Shown in pieces: positions 58,219 through 64,000 of a DNA stretch of 64,000 bases (position 1 is the stretch's first letter; each line of letters begins with the position of its first letter). The position numbers and the translations under genes are program-made. Source of the stretch: a virus (Duplodnaviria > Caudoviricetes); IMG/VR virus record IMGVR_UViG_3300036770_007327, positions 1,653 through 65,652 of that record. One strand, 5' to 3'. The notes under the pieces were generated by a model. It saw nothing but the letters and a program-made list of their open reading frames with translations. It ran no database searches and was not told the DNA's origin.

Positions 58219-59075
58219 GCAATCACACTACAGAGATAAATTTCGGTAATATACCTGAAACTAAAATAGTAGACAATAGTAGCAAAATTATTATTGATAC
58301 TGAAGATGGCTTACGTTTAATTGCAATAGACGATATAATATATAAGAACTATAACGCTGAATTCGGCCCTACAGTTGAAAATAATACTGCAAATCTCAAT
58401 ACAATAAACGATAACTTCTTTATTGCTGCGAGTGCTCTAAATATTAACACAGAACTAAAAGGTTCGATTGCTCTCTATTATAAAATGAGGCCTTCCGATT
58501 TAAGGGAGATAATTGTTAAGAATGCTGTAGACTACACAATACCTTTTAATTTTATAGGAGCCAATTCTCTCAATAATCTCTATACTAATTCAGATCAAAT
58601 TCTCGCAAATGATGGTAGTATATTATTGCCTCCCGGTACTTATCGCGTCAGAGCAGCTACTACATTTAGTATTAGAAATCCTGGCAAATATTATGAGGAA
58701 GCTGGAGTTTTCGTAGGAGAGCCTTATGGATGTAATTTATATACAAATATAGCTCAAATTGACACCCCGACAAGAACCATGCTCGTCGGGGATATTAAAT
58801 ACGCTCCGGTTAGAGCATTAAAAGGTAAGACGTGTATTACCTCCACAATAGATGGATTTTTCTATATATGTAAAACAGCTCGTATTGCTTTGCGAGTCTC
58901 AACCGATGGTAATCTCGTACTCGGCGACGGCTCCTTAGATAACAATGTTATACCTAAGCCTCCTCTTATAAATTACGCGCACTATAACGGAACTACCTAC
59001 CCGGCTCAAATTATGTTAGAGAGAGTATCTCAAGATGATATCTACAGCCTATTAGGGGTGAATCTTGACGTTTAA
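58215..59075 (+). CDS. Short paralog of the fibre N-terminal module
   Basis: P......KIII.T, I.LP.GTYRVRA, G.FY, ER motifs. Confidence 0.7.
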   Translation: MSNHTTEINFGNIPETKIVDNSSKIIIDTEDGLRLIAIDDIIYKNYNAEFGPTVENNTANLNTINDNFFIAASALNINTELKGSIALYYKMRPSDLREIIVKNAVDYTIPFNFIGANSLNNLYTNSDQILANDGSILLPPGTYRVRAATTFSIRNPGKYYEEAGVFVGEPYGCNLYTNIAQIDTPTRTMLVGDIKYAPVRALKGKTCITSTIDGFFYICKTARIALRVSTDGNLVLGDGSLDNNVIPKPPLINYAHYNGTTYPAQIMLERVSQDDIYSLLGVNLDV

Positions 59076-59779
59076 GTAAAGATAATATTATCTTTCTTAA
59101 ACAACTCCTCCTTCTGAGACTTAAAGAGTTCTTCCATCGCATCTTTACCGATTATAGACTCCATATCCCCATCAATAGCGTCTCCATCGTTATCAATATA
59201 AAGACCTGCCATATAGAGCCTTTCCTGTCTACTACCAAAGATTTCAATTATAGCAGGAGAATCATCTTGAGGAAAGAAAGGCTCCAGCGATTGATGATTA
59301 TATCGTCTTTGAAATTCCTTGAATAGAAAATCTACTTCCTTAATATACTGCTCATTTACTTGACGCATTCCATCATCCTCAATAGCAATAGGAGCTGCTT
59401 TTGTAATAGGTATAAAGAAAATAATATCAAGATTCTTCATTGACTCTCTAACAAGAGGGATACACTCGTCAATAAATTTTTCATTTATATCTCCCTCGCC
59501 CTGGTTTAGAGCCCACATAGAGTATACAAGATTGTCAAACGGACATCTATCAAAAATTACATTATCTGTTTTCTTATATTGAGATTGGGTTAATACTTGA
59601 TGGTCCAGAATCGCTCTCTGGGTTGCTATAGTAGTTTTATCGCTATGAGCTAAATTACCTTCAGCAATAACATCGCGATAAGTTTTCTCAGGGGTAGTGT
59701 AGTTTTTCCATTTACCAAGAAAATCCTTGATAAAAGTAGATTTGCCCGTATTTGCTGTGCCTGAAACTGCTATTCTCAT
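59072..59779 (-). CDS. Second P-loop nucleotide kinase-like protein (AAA_28 type)
   Basis: GTANTGKST, FDRC..DNL.Y, EDDG.R. Confidence 0.8.
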   Translation of the reverse strand: MRIAVSGTANTGKSTFIKDFLGKWKNYTTPEKTYRDVIAEGNLAHSDKTTIATQRAILDHQVLTQSQYKKTDNVIFDRCPFDNLVYSMWALNQGEGDINEKFIDECIPLVRESMKNLDIIFFIPITKAAPIAIEDDGMRQVNEQYIKEVDFLFKEFQRRYNHQSLEPFFPQDDSPAIIEIFGSRQERLYMAGLYIDNDGDAIDGDMESIIGKDAMEELFKSQKEELFKKDNIIFT

Positions 59780-59839
59780 ATTGGTTATTTACTTTAGATA
59801 AACTGTAAATCCAAGCGAAATATGACTAAATATTAGTAT

Positions 59840-60580
59840 ATGCCAAGAAAAGCAAGGCCTAAGTCGGACTCTGTCAATGTTGTTGAAACAAGTCTAGAGA
59901 AACAATGGAATAATAAATATGACATAATAAATGAATATCCCCTAAGTGATACTCATAAACAGTTCCTAAATCATATATTATCCCCGGACACTAATATGTG
60001 TATAGTAAACGGCCCGGCGGGCAGTGCCAAGACATTTATAGCAACTCTAGGCGCTCTATTACTTTTACGTAAATCTCAGGTAGAGGACATTGTATATATT
60101 CGAAGTGTAGTAGAATCTGCGAGCCAAAAACTCGGCCACCTTCCCGGGGACTTACATGAAAAGTTCCACCCATGGTCAATGCCTCTAATGGACAAACTAA
60201 ATGAACTTTTATCTCCAACTAATGTTCACCACATTACTAAATCTGGAGTAATCCATTGTGTGCCGGTTAACTTAGTTAGAGGCTTAACATTCAAAAATAG
60301 TATTGTAATCGTTGATGAATGTCAAAATATGACTAAATCTGAACTTATTACTGTATTAACACGATTCGGTATTGGGTCGAAGTATGTCCTCCTCGGTGAT
60401 AGCAGACAGAGCGATATCGGTAATAAGACAGGATTTATGAGTGTTCATGGGGCTTTCAATACAGAAAAAAGTAAAGATATGGGAATCCATACCTTTACCT
60501 TTACTAATAATGAGATTGTTAGGCACCCATTACTCGCTTATATTTGCGAAGTAGTCGAAGGAATATCACCTACCGGCTAA
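59840..60580 (+). CDS. phoH: PhoH-family protein
   Basis: GPAGSAKT, LGHLPG, RG.TF, DECQN, LTR.G, GD..QSD, IVRH. Confidence 0.95.
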   Translation: MPRKARPKSDSVNVVETSLEKQWNNKYDIINEYPLSDTHKQFLNHILSPDTNMCIVNGPAGSAKTFIATLGALLLLRKSQVEDIVYIRSVVESASQKLGHLPGDLHEKFHPWSMPLMDKLNELLSPTNVHHITKSGVIHCVPVNLVRGLTFKNSIVIVDECQNMTKSELITVLTRFGIGSKYVLLGDSRQSDIGNKTGFMSVHGAFNTEKSKDMGIHTFTFTNNEIVRHPLLAYICEVVEGISPTG

Positions 60581-61144
60581 GATATCCGCAAGCGACTTAT
60601 CTGTTTTACAATACAAAGGCGCTGCTCTATCTCGAGCAACCGCTGGCACTTCAACCTGTTGGACTGCTGCTGGGTGTTCAATAACTTCAACAGCAGGTCT
60701 TACTGCGGAATAGATAGCAGAGTTGTCCTCATGCTCAAACACCTCTACTCTTTCTACCCATACTCGCTCGCCATATTTTTCTTTAATAAACTCAGAAGCA
60801 GTATTAAAACAATATTCCGCTGCCCTCTCAATACCTACACCATTTTCAAATATAGATAACTGGACCGCCCCCTTCTTCTCGAGAAGAATAAACTCATCCA
60901 GGCATGGGTCGTCTGACGCAATAAGCAGTTTATGGTCAAACGTATTATGTAAAATAGACTTGAGTTCTTTTAAGCCTCCAAAGTCAGCAGCCCAGTTCTT
61001 TTCATCCAGTTCTGAGCATCCAAACCAAAACTTAGCCTTTAACTGATATCCGTGAACATATTGACAATGACTATGCGATGCTCTCCACTGTCTAAATGCT
61101 GCTGAACCTAACTCGATTACTTTTGTACTTTGAAACTTACTCAT
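60566..61144 (-). CDS. queD: 6-carboxy-5,6,7,8-tetrahydropterin synthase
   Basis: HC...HGY, DFGGLK, FDH, E..A, V.E...NSA. Confidence 0.92.
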   Translation of the reverse strand: MSKFQSTKVIELGSAAFRQWRASHSHCQYVHGYQLKAKFWFGCSELDEKNWAADFGGLKELKSILHNTFDHKLLIASDDPCLDEFILLEKKGAVQLSIFENGVGIERAAEYCFNTASEFIKEKYGERVWVERVEVFEHEDNSAIYSAVRPAVEVIEHPAAVQQVEVPAVARDRAAPLYCKTDKSLADILAGR

Positions 61145-61173
61145 ACCATAATATATGGTAAGTTTTTATTTTA

Positions 61174-62184
61174 TCAACCAAGATTCGATAGAGATTTATT
61201 CAAAAACCATATATTACCGGTAGGCATTTCATTATAAAGTTTGGTATCAAAATAATTTTTAGATTTAGCTGGATCTGGCGCACTACCATATAAATTAGCG
61301 AGACGGACTAAAATATATCGCTGATCTGAAAGATGAGGAGCAATTTTTATTATATCATTAGTTTTTGTATTATGAAAATACCAACTATTATCATTAGTAT
61401 TTTTATATACTTTAAAAATATTAGAGATTCTCCCGCTATTAAAATACCCCATTATACTATCAGTTTTACTATATGATGTTGGCGAGATACCATCCACCCT
61501 AGAGGTAACCTGATGCGGTGGTTTAGGGTAGCTAATATTGCCCTGAGGTTTATCGGCCTGAGACTCATCCTTATCCGTCTCGTCGCTTTCCCAGTCCTGT
61601 TTAATTTTGCCTTTTATCTCATCAAATTTCTTTGTTACTTTCTCCCGACCCTTGTTTATCAAACCCGCTATAGCATAATCAGGCTGTAAGACGGTACCTA
61701 ATACCTTGCCCGTGCCTCTCACTATTTTGCCCGCTGCTCTTAAAGCGTTTTCATTTATTGTATCACTTAAAAGAGCCTTTTTATAAACATCCTTTATTTC
61801 GCTGTCATTAAGACCCTCTTCTTTTAGATACTGCTCGAGAAAATCAATACTATTACACGCTTGAATTTTATTTATTATTTCCATCGTCAGACCCTTTCTC
61901 TCCTCAATAGCCTTGAGCCCAAACATCCTAACATTATTAAATGTTTCATCGCAAGGAATATCAACTACCTTAATAACAGAGAAAGGAACATCCATAACAG
62001 GTATATCTATATTCTCAAATAACACAGACCATTTGTTATTATTCTCCTTTAATATATACCCTTCGTATCCGTCAAAATCTCTATAGTCCTTATTTACGCT
62101 ATTAGCCGGATCGACCTTGAGCATTATTTTTGTTAACGCTTCACTCTCCTTTACATATTGCTCAAGTATCCTATTAAATTTCAT
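61174..62184 (-). CDS. Hypothetical protein, probably virion-associated
   Basis: MKFNRILE start; KVDP...YEGYIL.E motif. Confidence 0.7.
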   Translation of the reverse strand: MKFNRILEQYVKESEALTKIMLKVDPANSVNKDYRDFDGYEGYILKENNNKWSVLFENIDIPVMDVPFSVIKVVDIPCDETFNNVRMFGLKAIEERKGLTMEIINKIQACNSIDFLEQYLKEEGLNDSEIKDVYKKALLSDTINENALRAAGKIVRGTGKVLGTVLQPDYAIAGLINKGREKVTKKFDEIKGKIKQDWESDETDKDESQADKPQGNISYPKPPHQVTSRVDGISPTSYSKTDSIMGYFNSGRISNIFKVYKNTNDNSWYFHNTKTNDIIKIAPHLSDQRYILVRLANLYGSAPDPAKSKNYFDTKLYNEMPTGNIWFLNKSLSNLG

Positions 62185-62234
62185 TTTTATACATTTATTT
62201 ATTGATTTTTACCAAAATAACATTATTTTATATT

Positions 62235-62861
62235 ATGCTAAAATACGCTAACTTAAATATACCACGGTCCGAAGAAGAGAAGCAAATCATCATTACTAAC
62301 GCTGCTAAAGCATATGAGTCCTATCTCGATGCTCTTGGATTTGACTGGAGAAACGACCCTAACTCTGCCGATACTCCAATGCGAGTTGCCAAGGCGTTCG
62401 TCAATGATGTGGCGATGGGCTGCTATTCTGACCCTCCTAAGGTCACCGCATTTGATAATATTGATGGATATGACGGCATCGTAGCTCAGACTAATATTAA
62501 AGTAAATAGCCTCTGTAGCCATCACCATATGATATTCTCAGGAATGGCTCACGTTGCTTATATTCCCAGTAAGGAGGGCAAGGTAATCGGGCTTAGTAAA
62601 CTGAATCGAATCGTTGACTGGTTCTCTCGTCGTCCTCAAATCCAAGAAGGCCTGACTTCGCAAATCAGTGATTATATCAATAGTATCTGCGAAGGTAATA
62701 AAGGGGTAGCGGTCTTTATTGAGGCTAATCACACTTGCTGTAGCAATCGAGGAATCAAGCATGACAGTAGTATGAAGACCGCGCGGATGACAGGAGCATT
62801 CCTCGACGAAGAGTCAACCCGCAATGAGTTCTATAAGTTTGTAGAGTTTACAAAGAAGTAA
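62235..62861 (+). CDS. folE: GTP cyclohydrolase I
   Basis: TP.RVAK, SLCSHH, GLSKL.R, RPQIQE, H.C...RG. Confidence 0.96.
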   Translation: MLKYANLNIPRSEEEKQIIITNAAKAYESYLDALGFDWRNDPNSADTPMRVAKAFVNDVAMGCYSDPPKVTAFDNIDGYDGIVAQTNIKVNSLCSHHHMIFSGMAHVAYIPSKEGKVIGLSKLNRIVDWFSRRPQIQEGLTSQISDYINSICEGNKGVAVFIEANHTCCSNRGIKHDSSMKTARMTGAFLDEESTRNEFYKFVEFTKK

Positions 62862-63626
62862 TCACTCTTTACTTACATCAATAAGAGCATTAATTTGCTT
62901 AAGAAAATCAGCACCTATTAACACTGGGTGCTGATTTTCTGTTCTATCCCCGATGCTAAACTTAACATCAGGATACACCTTATTTCCTATTTCTACGGTA
63001 AACTCTACAACTGGTCGATGTTCATCATGACCCGCACCAACGTGTATAGTAATCTCGTCTATCTTAGGCCTTACCACCCTAATATTATTGGTAGTTATAA
63101 ACTCTACTTCGCTGCCTCTATCCTCAATGTCTACACCGTGTAGCACATTATAAGCGGCGTTTCCTGAGTCTATAAGGGCTACAAGTTCTGTATCAATACC
63201 TTCAATTTTTATAGGCTCTACCAGTCCCAGCGTCTCTTGATCGAGGGCCTCGGCAAGATTATAATAGTTATTAAATGAAATAGATTCCTCCATTTTTTTA
63301 AGTTTAGTATAATATCTAGGATCTTCCTCGAGATGATCAAGAGCAATATCTTTTGATTTCAAAGGATCTCCCTTATGCTCCTTATGCTCATCTTTTATAC
63401 CCATCTCAATCTCTTTAGCGAGTTGTTTAGGGGTAATTTTAGTCGAGTTTGCTAGATTTTTTTCTCTAGCAGCCATAAGATCGCGAATTTTGCGTTTTAT
63501 CATCTCTCTATATGCCTCGACTGTATACCCAGGAGGAGGTCTAAAATTCTTATCTTTATTTGCTAAATTAAGTAAATCAAGATAAGAATTAATATCCTCG
63601 TCAATATCGTCCGAATGAACTGCCAT
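62862..63626 (-). CDS. DUF5661-like domain fused to a retropepsin-like (RimK-associated type) protease
   Basis: G...E.KEH...IALDHL.E.P.YYTKL; ALIDSG, RPVV, DR....VLIG. Confidence 0.75.
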   Translation of the reverse strand: MAVHSDDIDEDINSYLDLLNLANKDKNFRPPPGYTVEAYREMIKRKIRDLMAAREKNLANSTKITPKQLAKEIEMGIKDEHKEHKGDPLKSKDIALDHLEEDPRYYTKLKKMEESISFNNYYNLAEALDQETLGLVEPIKIEGIDTELVALIDSGNAAYNVLHGVDIEDRGSEVEFITTNNIRVVRPKIDEITIHVGAGHDEHRPVVEFTVEIGNKVYPDVKFSIGDRTENQHPVLIGADFLKQINALIDVSKE

Positions 63627-63634
63627 GAATATAT

Positions 63635-63810
63635 TTATGCTATATTCGGTAAATTAGCAATGCCATCGATCATTTGCTGTTTAGTTGCATCGAAAACCGC
63701 TATTTGATCCGCGGTAAAATCCGGCTTTGCAACAGCATATTGTATTATAGCAATAGCCGATTTATCATCTCCTTCGTCTAGTAATCTATTTGCTGCTGCG
63801 ACCGAATACA
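63635..63810 (-). CDS. 3' part of a hypothetical gene whose 5' end is replaced by foreign sequence
   Basis: Plausible protein only on the AT-rich side of the GC junction. Confidence 0.45.
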
Positions 63811-64000
63811 ATGACAACCTCCGTTGCTGAATCGCCCGACTTGCCAGCAAGGGATGCGAGTGGCGTGTCTTGCCCTGGCGCGGCAACGAATCGGTCTAGG
63901 CGTAGGTCGTAGAAGAGTTTCATGCGTGTTATTTGGCGGTGATCTCAGCAGACCGGGTCTCGTCGATGATACCGGCGGAGACGAGGGCGGCGAGGCCCAT
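63810..64000 (-). other. GC-rich foreign segment with two gene fragments
   Basis: Abrupt GC rise; ...GLAALVSAGIIDETRSAEITAK* followed by MKLFYDLRLDRFVAAPG..., which stops just past the junction. Confidence 0.6.

Noticed and set aside
1-64000. Stop-codon reassignment, tRNA or rRNA genes
   Set aside because: Core genes are full length in code 11 and end in TAA, TAG or TGA; no cloverleaf or rRNA-like segment recognised in the short intergenic gaps

Overview
This 64 kb window is part of a large T4-like (myovirus) phage genome read in the standard genetic code. Structural genes include gp23 capsid, gp22, gp21, gp20 portal, gp13, gp15, gp4, a gp5-like hub, and four paralogous fibre-like genes. Tat-exported DUF1501 proteins, a DUF1549/DUF1553 protein and a Chlamydia-type ribonucleotide reductase point to a PVC-superphylum host (inference, most likely Verrucomicrobia). 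Highlights: (1) a phage-borne DUF1501-CHAP-DUF1549/1553-DUF1501 cassette behind late promoters; (2) a dispersed 7-deazaguanine DNA-modification pathway (folE, queD, queE, queF, DpdA-like, PurN-like formyltransferase, kinases, PRTase, GMP reductase), most of whose units share one promoter architecture; (3) an NrdA intein with Gly at +1, paired with a Tyr-less class Ic-like NrdB; (4) a homing endonuclease flanked by a duplicated queF 3' end; (5) a ~9.3 kb glycosyltransferase cluster next to Ser/Thr-rich fibre genes; (6) three promoter classes, mostly placed a few nt before the ATG; (7) many small proteins with T4-like capsid-targeting N-termini. The last ~200 bp switch abruptly to GC-rich foreign sequence. 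All family calls come from motif recognition by eye; no database search was run.
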